The translations under genes were made by a program, and so were the position numbers. Source: a virus (Duplodnaviria > Caudoviricetes). From it: a stretch of DNA of 37,825 nucleotides. Positions 24,945 to 33,394 of the stretch are shown here, piece after piece (the stretch's first letter is position 1; each line of letters starts with the position of its first letter). The notes beneath the pieces are model-generated. The model saw only the letters and a list, made by a program, of their open reading frames with translations. It had not been told where the DNA came from and ran no database searches. The DNA lies in the IMG/VR virus record IMGVR_UViG_3300020044_007934, positions 1 through 37,825 of that record; one strand, given 5' to 3'.

Positions 24945-26431
24945 AAATCTAAAACACTAATAGGTTGGTCGTATTCATAGCCGCGTCTTACACTTACTTC
25001 ACCAAGCGCGGGGAATACTGGGTTCATATCAAAAATCATACTCATCGCATCCAGAAAATCATCATGCGCCGCGTATGGAAAAAGCAAAAATTCCTTTTCC
25101 ACTATATCACTAAAGAAGTTTCTAGGCAAGCCGTTATCGTCTTTATACATCACATCATTTGGAATCCATACCTGCCCTTGCTGCATGGGGGCAATAAGGC
25201 GGCGAATCCTATCCTCTTTTTGTTGCCGTGATTTAATTTCTATCACAGGGAATCTATAGTTCTCCTCGCGCTGTTTGTTTTGAATGTAGTGTACATCCGA
25301 CAACATACCGTAAGCCTCCCATCCAACCTTCGCTGGTTTTTTAGTTTTCATTAGCCATTTTCTATGCAACTCAAATAGTTTGTTAACGCGCTCAGTAGGA
25401 TTTAATCTCTCTCTCACGCCATCAATTAAATAATAATTTTGGTCTGGCATCAAACACCAAACCGCCATAGCCGTGTAATCGCTTGATTTCTTTTTAGCTG
25501 TGGCAGGGTCAACCGTAATATAGATATTCCCCCGCGTGGCATCAAACGTCTGCACAGTGTAATAGTTGACATGGTCGGACTTAAACTCACCGCCACCAAT
25601 AGGCACTGGTTCTTGTAAATATTGCCCGACAAACGCATAATCATTCATGCTGCCACGAAGGCTAGTTAGAACCTCATCGTCAAAGCGTGATTCATGCAGA
25701 TACTTGTCATAGCTCCACGACTTATTCCCCAGCTTTATCTCTATGGGTTTATCCGTCACCGCTGGAAGTTTCAACAAATGCCAGCCGCCCTTTTCCAGTA
25801 AATGCCCTGTTACGTCATCACTATGCAGCCTTTGCATAATAACCACGATGCGCCCTTCTTTTGGATTGTTCAACCGTGAAAATACCGCTTGGTCAACCCA
25901 TTCATTAGAGCCTATACGCTTCACGTCCGACAATGCCTCTTCGGGGTTTTGTGGGTCGTCAAGGATAATGTAATCACCACCCGCACCCGTTAAAGTACCA
26001 CCTACGGAAGTCGAAAATCTCCCACCACCCTTAGTTGTGGTGAAATTAGTTTTTTGTTGCTGCGATTGGTCTAATACCGTATCGGGGAATATGTCCCTAT
26101 ACCATTGCGTTTCCATAAGTAAGCGTGTTTGATATGCTATCTTCTCAGTCAACCTATGCGCGTATGATACGCCTATGACCCTGCATCCTGCATTGCGCCC
26201 TAATAGCCATGCGGTAAATATCGTGTTGACTAGCAGCGTTTTTCCAGTTCTCGGCGGCACGTTAATAATTAGCCGCTTAATCTCACCGCGCTCAACAGCT
26301 TCCAAATGCGCCGCTATGCAATCAATATGCCAGTTGTGCGCGTAATCGGAAGGCTCTATCTCCCTCCAAGCGCGTTGAAAGAATACAGATAGGTTTTGAC
26401 GGCAAAGCGCATCAAACACCCGCTGATTCAT
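24941..26431 (-). CDS. terL: Terminase large subunit
   Basis: Walker A INVPPRTGKT, Walker B YIILDDP, IMQRLH, QYLQEP, and nuclease motifs VDPA...SDYTA...HDDFLDA. Confidence 0.95.
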   Translation of the reverse strand: MNQRVFDALCRQNLSVFFQRAWREIEPSDYAHNWHIDCIAAHLEAVERGEIKRLIINVPPRTGKTLLVNTIFTAWLLGRNAGCRVIGVSYAHRLTEKIAYQTRLLMETQWYRDIFPDTVLDQSQQQKTNFTTTKGGGRFSTSVGGTLTGAGGDYIILDDPQNPEEALSDVKRIGSNEWVDQAVFSRLNNPKEGRIVVIMQRLHSDDVTGHLLEKGGWHLLKLPAVTDKPIEIKLGNKSWSYDKYLHESRFDDEVLTSLRGSMNDYAFVGQYLQEPVPIGGGEFKSDHVNYYTVQTFDATRGNIYITVDPATAKKKSSDYTAMAVWCLMPDQNYYLIDGVRERLNPTERVNKLFELHRKWLMKTKKPAKVGWEAYGMLSDVHYIQNKQREENYRFPVIEIKSRQQKEDRIRRLIAPMQQGQVWIPNDVMYKDDNGLPRNFFSDIVEKEFLLFPYAAHDDFLDAMSMIFDMNPVFPALGEVSVRRGYEYDQPISVLDL

Positions 26432-26865
26432 TACATATCCCTAAGGCTACTGGTTTCAGGTGGAACGCCGCCAACCTTCATAGCCTCACGCGCCGCCATA
26501 AGAATGTTGTTTAATGATTGGTCGATGTTGGCACATGTGGTGTAACGACCGTAGAAATTGATGCAACCATCGGTTTCGTCTAACTCATAACGAAGCCCTG
26601 CGATTTTATCTAATTCAGCTTTGAGCGTATCGTTAATGATAGGAAGCGCAGGAAGCCTAACCGCATCAGTAATGCGAGGAGCGACTTTCTTTTCAACTTT
26701 CTTTTTTGCTGCTTCACCAGTAAGCAATGCTTTAATCAATACAGCCTTTTTATCTGCTGGCTTCCATGCAATGCCTTTTTCGGTTAGCTTGTCACGCAAA
26801 ACGTAAATAGGCAGTTGTTCAATGCTCGCCGCTTTCGGCTCTTCACTTAATACTGATTCCTGCAT
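26431..26865 (-). CDS. Hypothetical protein with HeH/LEM-like motif between terS and terL
   Basis: ORF track 26431..26913. Likely start MQESV at 26865 (GGAG RBS). Contains LRDKLTEKGIAWKPADKKAVLIKAL. Confidence 0.6.
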   Translation of the reverse strand: MQESVLSEEPKAASIEQLPIYVLRDKLTEKGIAWKPADKKAVLIKALLTGEAAKKKVEKKVAPRITDAVRLPALPIINDTLKAELDKIAGLRYELDETDGCINFYGRYTTCANIDQSLNNILMAAREAMKVGGVPPETSSLRDM

Positions 26866-27208
26866 TTTCCAATATCTCCTTGTCTTTTTGGTGTAAGTCT
26901 TTTCCGTCTGCATTTACATAGCGATTTTCTTGCACAGCGGTTTCTTTATAGCCTGCGCGGGTTTTTAGGTAGAAAAATAAAGACGCATTGTCCCCATTCA
27001 TAACTTTTTGGTAAAGCGATTTAGCAGCACCAGTAACGGCAGCCGCCATTCCTTCCCGTAATACTTCGCCATAGTATTTAGTCAATGTCATCTCTGCCAC
27101 GCCAATCGAAGCTGCAATAACACTTTGTGGCACTCCGCACCGAGATAAATCATCTACAATCTTACGATGCTTTTCGTTAGGTTCGTATTGATTATTGATA
27201 TTACCCAT
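26843..27208 (-). CDS. terS: Terminase small subunit
   Basis: HTH (GVPQSVIAASIGVAEMTLTKYY), then SLYQK...FFYLKTRAGYKE, upstream of terL. Likely start at 27208. Confidence 0.8.
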   Translation of the reverse strand: MGNINNQYEPNEKHRKIVDDLSRCGVPQSVIAASIGVAEMTLTKYYGEVLREGMAAAVTGAAKSLYQKVMNGDNASLFFYLKTRAGYKETAVQENRYVNADGKDLHQKDKEILENAGISIK

Positions 27209-27471
27209 TTTTATATACCCTAAACCATTAACGCGAAGTAAATCTTGCGTACAAACCAATTGCTGCAATTGTGCAGAAAAACTCTATAGGGTGCGAAATA
27301 AACAATATAAGCACCCCTAACGTTATAGCCCACTGAACTGGGGCAAATATGGCGTTTAAAATCACTTCTTTTTACCGCCACCTGATTTTTTCTTGCATCC
27401 CATATATCCTCCGTTTTGTGAATAATAACAAATTAAAGCTGTTTAGTCAACTACCGTTTCCCATCAACCCA

Positions 27472-27831
27472 TCAATTGCACTTTGGCATCATAAACGCGA
27501 TACCGTTTCGTTGAATTATTTTATGAATGTCACCATTCCATAATTGCAAATCTTCCTTTGATTCAATTTGCAGTAACCAATCCATTCCGCAATAATTACA
27601 ATGTCCGCGTTTGTCTGGGTATCTAATGCACAAATCCCCCACCTGCGGCTCAAGCAAATGCAGGCTATTGGGATGAATAAACAACTTATCATCAGCAACC
27701 CCTTGCGCTTGATAATAACAATGATTTTGGTGACTATATTCATCACAAAGCTCAAATGATGATGTAAACTTCATCCCAAAATGCTTAGCCATCCACGCAG
27801 CTGCCATCGGGTCTGTGTAATAGTATTTCAT
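27472..27831 (-). CDS. Hypothetical protein
   Basis: 119-aa ORF, ATGA-coupled. Confidence 0.6.
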   Translation of the reverse strand: MKYYYTDPMAAAWMAKHFGMKFTSSFELCDEYSHQNHCYYQAQGVADDKLFIHPNSLHLLEPQVGDLCIRYPDKRGHCNYCGMDWLLQIESKEDLQLWNGDIHKIIQRNGIAFMMPKCN

Positions 27832-27986
27832 CGTCCACCCCTTTGCATTTGTTCAATCAATTCCACTGGCTGACTTGTCGCGCACGCTGTTTTAACCGAT
27901 ACCACCTTACCACTATGCAATGCGTATGCGTATATGTTACCAGCGAGGCTAAAGCCGATTGTAAGCCATATAATTGCAATTTTCAT
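27828..27986 (-). CDS. Small protein with N-terminal TM/signal
   Basis: ORF track 27828..28055. Likely start MKIAIIWL at 27986 after AAGGA. Confidence 0.5.
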   Translation of the reverse strand: MKIAIIWLTIGFSLAGNIYAYALHSGKVVSVKTACATSQPVELIEQMQRGGR

Positions 27987-27987
27987 G

Positions 27988-28357
27988 CTACAATTCCTTG
28001 CTATGGCTAACCAACCATCCTTGATTGAGATAATAATTTGCCGCCATTTCTGCAATTGTTACATCATCGGTAGTGGTTTTTGATTGCAAAATTTTAGCTT
28101 TGTCATTTGAAAATGCGTAAACTGTGTATATCATACCACCCCCGCTGCACGTGCTGCCAAAACAAACAGGGCAACAAACCCCGCAAGGATGGTTAGGTTA
28201 AATGCTGTGTATGTGTATTTTGATATTGTCATAACTCTGGTTGCCTTTCTCTGCACGTTACGCATGTGCATGGTGTTTCGTTCATATTTTCATCGTAGTA
28301 GCAGTCGCAATCTTCGTCTGTGTCCACTAGGTCGCCGCAGTAATGGCATTTTGCCAT
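27988..28357 (-). CDS. Three coupled micro-ORFs: 28229-28357 (42 aa, Cys-rich), 28131-28232 (33 aa, TM), 27988-28134 (48 aa)
   Basis: Translated by hand: MAKCHYCG...CDC...CTCVTC, MTISKY...LAARAAGVV and MIYTVYAF...SKEL. Joined by ATGA overlaps. Confidence 0.5.
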
Positions 28358-28359
28358 GC

Positions 28360-28611
28360 TCATAAAGCCTCCATTCTTTTTAGTTCGCTATCAGTCAAAA
28401 AGTCATTGAAACGCAAAAAACAGCCTTGCAACTTATGCCAAGCATAAAACCCGCCGCCATTTTCAACGTCTTTGTGCCAAGCTGCAATAATCACGCTATC
28501 GCCTTTTTGTGGGAAGTCACCGCCAACTAGCCATTTTCTTCCGTACTTTGTAGCCGTAGTTTCTACGCCGTTCAAAATAGCCAAAGTTTTATTTCTAGTT
28601 GTCATAACCAT
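28360..28611 (-). CDS. Hypothetical protein, first gene after a heptad-repeat promoter
   Basis: 83-aa ORF with AGGAG RBS. Confidence 0.6.
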   Translation of the reverse strand: MVMTTRNKTLAILNGVETTATKYGRKWLVGGDFPQKGDSVIIAAWHKDVENGGGFYAWHKLQGCFLRFNDFLTDSELKRMEAL

Positions 28612-28647
28612 CTCCTAAGTTGTTGTCAGCGTCTTGCTGATAACTAG

Positions 28648-28678
28648 ACAATAAACTATAAACAATAAACACGCAACA
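28648..28678 (-). promoter_or_regulatory. sigma70-like promoter with GTTTAT heptad repeats (copy 1)
   Basis: Minus strand TTGCGT, 17-nt spacer, TATTGT. 28 bp (28651-28678) are identical to 33027-33054. Confidence 0.75.
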
Positions 28679-28699
28679 AGAAAATGCAGGATTATGCAA

Positions 28700-28969
28700 T
28701 TATTTTTTATACATTGAATTATAACGCTTTTCATACAATTCCGCAACCTCTATCATGTCAAATTGCTCGCCGTGTTGATGCTGAATTTGTGAGTGACATG
28801 TAAAACAAAGCGGCACTAAATACTTGTCATCTGGCTTGCACCCTGTCCCGCTATTCCATGACCTACGAGCGTGAGCTGCATTAGAACGCCATTCACCGAT
28901 AGATTCTACCCATTCGCCCCCTTTGCACGCATGGCAAGGCTGTGATTGTATCCATTTGGTTTTATTCAT
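28700..28969 (-). CDS. DUF968/HNH-like zinc-binding nuclease domain protein
   Basis: WIQSQPCHAC...AAH...GTGCKPDDKYLVPLCFTCH...QH. Confidence 0.7.
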   Translation of the reverse strand: MNKTKWIQSQPCHACKGGEWVESIGEWRSNAAHARRSWNSGTGCKPDDKYLVPLCFTCHSQIQHQHGEQFDMIEVAELYEKRYNSMYKK

Positions 28970-29156
28970 GCCGTGCGCTTTCAATGCAACCCCTGATTCG
29001 CTCGATAAACGCTTCCGCTGCTTCTATATCCATTTTTAGCGTTACGCTTCCCATGCGGATAATAATGTTTTTATCGTTGTCGAGTAGGGGGATGGGGGTA
29101 AATGGTGTTTGGTTAATCATAATACGATTCAAGATATTGTTGTTTATGTTGCTCAA
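28962..29156 (-). CDS. Hypothetical protein
   Basis: 64-aa ORF filling the gap in the replication operon. The true start may be MINQ further downstream. Confidence 0.4.
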   Translation of the reverse strand: MSNINNNILNRIMINQTPFTPIPLLDNDKNIIIRMGSVTLKMDIEAAEAFIERIRGCIESARHE

Positions 29157-29616
29157 TTTGCGCTTGCGCTTCCTTCAATTCCATAGAACCGCCCCGCGCT
29201 TTTTTCATCTCTTGCGCTTCATATGCTTCCACAAACTCCTTTTTATCGCCATACAGGAATTTGCCGCCAACGGTGCACTCCTTCATAATTTTTACATACA
29301 TTGAGGTTGACAGCGGTTGCGGCGGCGGGTTGATAATGTTCTCAATATCCGCTGGCGTTGGTATGCTGGAGCTTTGCTTCATGTGCTGAACCAAGGCGGC
29401 TTTAATCTTTTCAAAACTATAATCACCAAGAATCATCAAAAATACCGCCGTATGGTTTTCCAATTGCTCAGGTGTCTTCCCATATGTGTTAAGGCTATCA
29501 TAGCACTGTGCTAGTAATTCGCATAACTTTGCTTGGTCGCTAGGATTGGCTGATAGATTGTTGGTATTTTTCAAGCCCTCGCTGGATGGCATCTTTTGCT
29601 CGCTGCGACTTGTCAT
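29113..29616 (-). CDS. Putative helicase loader/inhibitor (lambda P / G39P-like position)
   Basis: Follows and overlaps the initiator. ILGDYSFEKIKAALVQHMKQSSSIPTPADI resembles the loader motif. Start uncertain (29766, 29616 or 29592). Confidence 0.6.
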   Translation of the reverse strand: MTSRSEQKMPSSEGLKNTNNLSANPSDQAKLCELLAQCYDSLNTYGKTPEQLENHTAVFLMILGDYSFEKIKAALVQHMKQSSSIPTPADIENIINPPPQPLSTSMYVKIMKECTVGGKFLYGDKKEFVEAYEAQEMKKARGGSMELKEAQAQIEQHKQQYLESYYD

Positions 29617-30250
29617 CTGGTTTTGGTTGGTATTGTGGCTGGCTGTAGTCAGATTCCCACCTTCGCTGATTGAGCCATGTAGTGGCATGTGCAATGTATT
29701 TTTGTTCTTTTCCTCGAACGCTATCCGCATACGCTCTAACACCTGATTCAATTCGTCCATGTTCAACTCCTGATTTAATTGCTTTCAAATATGATTTTTT
29801 TGCTTCCGACTTACTTCCGTCTTTTCGTGGATAGATTTTCCACAAATCTTCAAAATCCGACAATATGCTTTCTGTCTCTGCCTCTGTCTCTTTACTATAT
29901 GTCTCTGTCTCTGAGTGACAGTTCCGTAACGTATCCGTAACAGATTCGTAACTTGCTGTTTTTTCTTCAATAATAAACCCTGATTTGATTATTTCTGCCA
30001 TTGCAGCCTTGACGGTCTTTTCAGGTATGCGTAACCTAAAAGATACGGCTTCGTAACCAAACCGTAACATGCCAGAGGTGGGGTCGCTATCTTCGCTTGC
30101 CATTAACCACAGCATAGGAAGCATTGCTCTTGCCTCTGCGCTCATCTTCTGAAAAGCAAAGTCATCTAGTAGATTTTTGTGAAGCCTAATCCAAGGCGGT
30201 TGACGGTCTTTGTATGATTGAAATGAAGACCAGTTTTTTATCTTGAACAT
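29540..30250 (-). CDS. Replication initiator protein
   Basis: IKNWSSFQSYKDR..PWIRLH N-terminus, ETET linker, and C-terminal FEDLWKIYPRK...AKKSY...HATTWLNQRRWE domain. Confidence 0.85.
   Translation of the reverse strand: MFKIKNWSSFQSYKDRQPPWIRLHKNLLDDFAFQKMSAEARAMLPMLWLMASEDSDPTSGMLRFGYEAVSFRLRIPEKTVKAAMAEIIKSGFIIEEKTASYESVTDTLRNCHSETETYSKETEAETESILSDFEDLWKIYPRKDGSKSEAKKSYLKAIKSGVEHGRIESGVRAYADSVRGKEQKYIAHATTWLNQRRWESDYSQPQYQPKPDDKSQRAKDAIQRGLEKYQQSISQS
29870..30068. repeat. Probable replication origin: iteron-like CGTAAC repeats and TCTGTCTC repeats inside the initiator gene
   Basis: CGTAAC at 29925, 29936, 29947 and 30030, 30052, 30063 (11/22-nt spacing), flanking an AT-rich tract. Confidence 0.6.
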
Positions 30251-30267
30251 TACGCCCTCCCCAGAGC

Positions 30268-30349
30268 TACCCTATAAATGAATTAGGGGAAGGATAGTGG
30301 GTAACTATCTTTTCGGTTGCGAACCTATCCCCTAAACTGCCTTTCGGCA
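30268..30349 (-). promoter_or_regulatory. Structured cis-regulatory RNA leader of the initiator gene
   Basis: TGCC-GAAA-GGCA hairpin, then TTAGGGGA/TCCCCTAA enclosing GGTT-CGC-AACC and GATAGT-TACCC-ACTATC. The loop is complementary to a downstream GGGTA. Confidence 0.65.
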
Positions 30350-30370
30350 TTAGTAATAATATATCAAAAT

Positions 30371-30598
30371 CTATCGGTATTGCAAGTTTAAATTATCACC
30401 TGAAAAATCCCATTTAGGCTCGCCACGCATCTTAAAACACGGCATAACGTCCTCTGGTGGTTTTTGGTATGTTGACAGCTTTCTGGTGCGGATAAACCAT
30501 TTAACGGCTTTTTTCGTAACGCCTAGCTTTTCCCCTATCTGGGTGGTGGTTAGCCCTTCCGCTCTTAAACTAACCACCGTATCTACGTCTAGTTTCAT
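30371..30598 (-). CDS. Small HTH DNA-binding protein
   Basis: LRAEGLTTTQIGEKLGVTKKAV is a helix-turn-helix. Confidence 0.7.
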   Translation of the reverse strand: MKLDVDTVVSLRAEGLTTTQIGEKLGVTKKAVKWFIRTRKLSTYQKPPEDVMPCFKMRGEPKWDFSGDNLNLQYR

Positions 30599-30599
30599 G

Positions 30600-31625
30600 C
30601 TACACCTCTAACATATCTTGTTTTGCAACATTGAAACGCTCTTTTGCCAGCGATAAATTGATTTTAGCTTGTTTGTAGTAGCTGTCTTTAAGTTCAATAC
30701 CTATCGCTTTACGTCCCATTGATACAGGGCTGTAAACCTCGCTACCTACCCCCATGAATGGCGTTAGGACAACTTCGTTAGGGTTGCTGTATAACTCAAC
30801 AAGGCGGTCTATTACGTCTAACTGCAATGGGTGAACGTGCTTTTCATCGTCTTCTTCCCTTGCACTTCTGAAAGGCAGTACGTTATCGTTGCGAATATCA
30901 TCCCAAACGCTCGAAGCGTAACGCTGCCATATATAATGCGCTCGTTTGTTTGTTTTGCCGTCTTGATGCCCTTCATAAGCGGTATTAAGATACTTCCACA
31001 AACTATCTTTAGTGTGAAATGTTTCGTTGACGTTGTTATAAGTTTTAAGCATATGGTCTAAAATAGGCGTTTCCCCCGCGTAATGCGTTAATCCGCATGG
31101 GTGAGTTACTGGCACTTGATTCTCGCCACCCTTCCTAAACACTAGAACATAATCAGGTACGGCAGTGTAACACTTAGTTGAATCTTCCGTAATTTGTTTA
31201 TGCTTTAAGCTGTTTACCATCGTGCGATTACGAACCTCTAGCGGCTCTTTCCACACTGTAATTCTGTTGTTATAAGTAAAACCATATTTTAAATGCAGTT
31301 TAATAATCTCATGAGGGAAGTCATAAAGGTTATGCATCGTTGTGTGGGTAATAATATCTTGGCAGTGAACCGCTGTGATGCGTCCTGATTTTGTTACCCT
31401 AGCGATTTGTTCAACCAAAAACTCATATTGTTCTAAAAAAGCTTCTTTGGAATCGCAGTTGCTAAAATCATTCTCGCTAGAGCTGTAATTATACAAACCT
31501 GCAAATGGTGGTGAATATACGCTAAAATCCACGCTTTTGTCAGGCAATGTTGGCATAACATACATGCAATCACTATTGTAGATGGCGTATTGTTCTGTAA
31601 TTTCTTGTTGTTTTACTTTTTCCAT
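30600..31625 (-). CDS. DNA amino-methyltransferase (N4-C/N6-A, beta class)
   Basis: Catalytic SVDFSVYSPPF precedes SAM-binding VLTPFMGVGS; also KHVHPLQ and GRKAIGIELK. Confidence 0.9.
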   Translation of the reverse strand: MEKVKQQEITEQYAIYNSDCMYVMPTLPDKSVDFSVYSPPFAGLYNYSSSENDFSNCDSKEAFLEQYEFLVEQIARVTKSGRITAVHCQDIITHTTMHNLYDFPHEIIKLHLKYGFTYNNRITVWKEPLEVRNRTMVNSLKHKQITEDSTKCYTAVPDYVLVFRKGGENQVPVTHPCGLTHYAGETPILDHMLKTYNNVNETFHTKDSLWKYLNTAYEGHQDGKTNKRAHYIWQRYASSVWDDIRNDNVLPFRSAREEDDEKHVHPLQLDVIDRLVELYSNPNEVVLTPFMGVGSEVYSPVSMGRKAIGIELKDSYYKQAKINLSLAKERFNVAKQDMLEV

Positions 31626-31626
31626 T

Positions 31627-32994
31627 TTAAGCTCCTATGAATGATGGAAGTTGCACTGGTTTATCAAATTGTTTTTGTTGGTCTGGTTTATATCCGTTGA
31701 CAGCCTTATTAAGTTTATCAAATAGGATAGAGGCTTTTTCGGTTTTTGCTTGGATTGCATCAACCACCCTTTGTTGACCATCCGAATAAACAAACTCAAC
31801 TGTAACGTCACGTTTTTGACCAAACCGCCAGAATCTGCGGATTGATTGGTAATATTGTTCGTAACTAAATGTCGGAAAATAAACCGTGTGATTGCAGTGC
31901 TGCCAGTTCAAACCGAATGCGGTGATTTTTGGCTTGGTGACAAGTCGCTGAATTTTACCCTCCGCAAAGTTTATAAGTATATCCTCTTTCTTGTCTAAAT
32001 CCATACCGCCTTTAATCTGGATGGCTGACTTATCTAATTGCGCCAAAAGGTCGCCCTCATCGTTAAAGTTACACCAATAAACGGAAGTTTTACCAGCTGC
32101 CAGTTTAACGGCATAGTGACAACGCTCTTCAATTGTGTTTTTTTGCTCAACCCTTACGTCACCAAGCGTTCTAGCAACGTGACCAAACATTGAGAATTGA
32201 TTATCAATGCACCAGTTTTTATCATTCAAAACTTTGCGATTATTGACAATAAGCTCTGGCAAAATATGGCGTGAATCATCAAACCCTAAATCGCTTGGCT
32301 TTCTCATTGAGATTGACCATCCCGCCACCCATTCAAAAAAAGCCTGTTCAGCGTGTGGCTTCAAATACCATTTGTTACCGATTTCTTGCGGTCTAATGTT
32401 ATTTTCATTGTTTGCAAAAAACTTAGACAGCATATCCATATAACCCATATAGCCGAGGGCTTCGCTTGACGTGCCAAGCTCCACAAAGTCATTAGGGCTG
32501 GGGGTTGCGGTGAATAAATACCGATATTTTACATTACGCAAAAACGCCGTCACTTGCGCTTTAATAGCCCCGTCAAAGTTTTTGAGAATAGAGCTTTCAT
32601 CCAAAATCACACAATCAAAATCTGAGGTTTCAAACTTGTCTAATCGCTCATAATTACATACGACAATTTTGGTTTTGTAGATTCCGTCTTTTGAGTACGA
32701 AATATCATCAATCCCAAATTTCTGCGCCTCTTTAATAAACTGAAACGCAACCGCTAACGGCGTAATAATTAAAACTGGCTTGTTTGTGTGCTCAATGTAG
32801 CTTTTTGCCACCATCAATTGAATGATGGTTTTGCCTAATCCAGTGTCAAGAAAAACAGCACAACGCCCCTTCTTAACTGCATACTCTAAAACATACTGTT
32901 GATAGTCAAACAATCCATCATTAAACGCTACTTTATCAATACCGTGATTAATGGTTGAATGACGCTTTGCGGCTATAAAGTTTTGATAGTCCAT
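31627..32994 (-). CDS. SNF2-like superfamily 2 helicase/ATPase
   Basis: DTGLGKT, ILDESS, TATPSPN, GLNWQ and QSIRRFWRFGQ motifs. Confidence 0.9.
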   Translation of the reverse strand: MDYQNFIAAKRHSTINHGIDKVAFNDGLFDYQQYVLEYAVKKGRCAVFLDTGLGKTIIQLMVAKSYIEHTNKPVLIITPLAVAFQFIKEAQKFGIDDISYSKDGIYKTKIVVCNYERLDKFETSDFDCVILDESSILKNFDGAIKAQVTAFLRNVKYRYLFTATPSPNDFVELGTSSEALGYMGYMDMLSKFFANNENNIRPQEIGNKWYLKPHAEQAFFEWVAGWSISMRKPSDLGFDDSRHILPELIVNNRKVLNDKNWCIDNQFSMFGHVARTLGDVRVEQKNTIEERCHYAVKLAAGKTSVYWCNFNDEGDLLAQLDKSAIQIKGGMDLDKKEDILINFAEGKIQRLVTKPKITAFGLNWQHCNHTVYFPTFSYEQYYQSIRRFWRFGQKRDVTVEFVYSDGQQRVVDAIQAKTEKASILFDKLNKAVNGYKPDQQKQFDKPVQLPSFIGA

Positions 32995-33023
32995 ATCGTT
33001 CCTTTCCTAAAAACAATATGGCA

Positions 33024-33054
33024 ACGATAAACTATAAACAATAAACACGCAACA
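33024..33054 (-). promoter_or_regulatory. sigma70-like promoter with GTTTAT heptad repeats (copy 2), driving helicase-MTase
   Basis: Minus strand TTGCGT, 17-nt spacer, TATCGT. Same 28-mer as 28651-28678. Confidence 0.75.
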
Positions 33055-33061
33055 TTTATTT

Positions 33062-33358
33062 TCAATTATTTTTTTGTATCGTTTCAACGTACAGTTTATC
33101 TATATCCGCGCATGATTCCACAATGCAAATTTGCCCCCGCCACGCATCATGAAACTTTTGCTCTGGCTCTGATAGTTTGCGTTGTGAAGGTGGTTTTTTA
33201 CCGTCTTTTATTTCAATCATATAGTTGATGCCATTTTTACCCATCACAATATCAGGGAAGCCTTGCCCTAACTTTGCTGTAATAGCGACACTAAATCCTA
33301 ACGCCCTAGCATAAGCGACTATTTCGGATTGGTTTGCATCGACTGCATATTTTTTCAT
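33062..33358 (-). CDS. VRR-NUC / PD-(D/E)XK nuclease (Holliday-junction resolvase-like)
   Basis: DANQSEIV...GFPDIV...IEIKDG...LSEPEQKFH. Confidence 0.8.
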   Translation of the reverse strand: MKKYAVDANQSEIVAYARALGFSVAITAKLGQGFPDIVMGKNGINYMIEIKDGKKPPSQRKLSEPEQKFHDAWRGQICIVESCADIDKLYVETIQKNN

Positions 33359-33365
33359 TTTGTAG

Positions 33366-33394
33366 TTGACGGTTTATTATTTATTGTTTATGGT
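33366..33394 (+). promoter_or_regulatory. sigma70-like promoter of the recombination operon, with the same heptad repeats (copy 3)
   Basis: TTGACG, then GTTTATTATTTATTGTT (17 nt), then TATGGT. Confidence 0.75.

Noticed and set aside
24941-26431. Intein or intron in terminase, helicase or capsid
   Set aside because: Lengths are normal and the motifs are contiguous, with no splicing motifs or homing nuclease insertion.
27257-27345. Palindromes upstream of terS (CAATTGCTGCAATTG; GGGTGC...GCACCC) as a pac/cos site or late promoter
   Set aside because: Short, could be chance, and cannot be assigned without read-end data.
29617-29766. Long 227-bp overlap between initiator and loader as a special dual-coding region
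   Set aside because: Downstream Met codons (29616, 29592) give a much shorter overlap that is ordinary for initiator-loader pairs.
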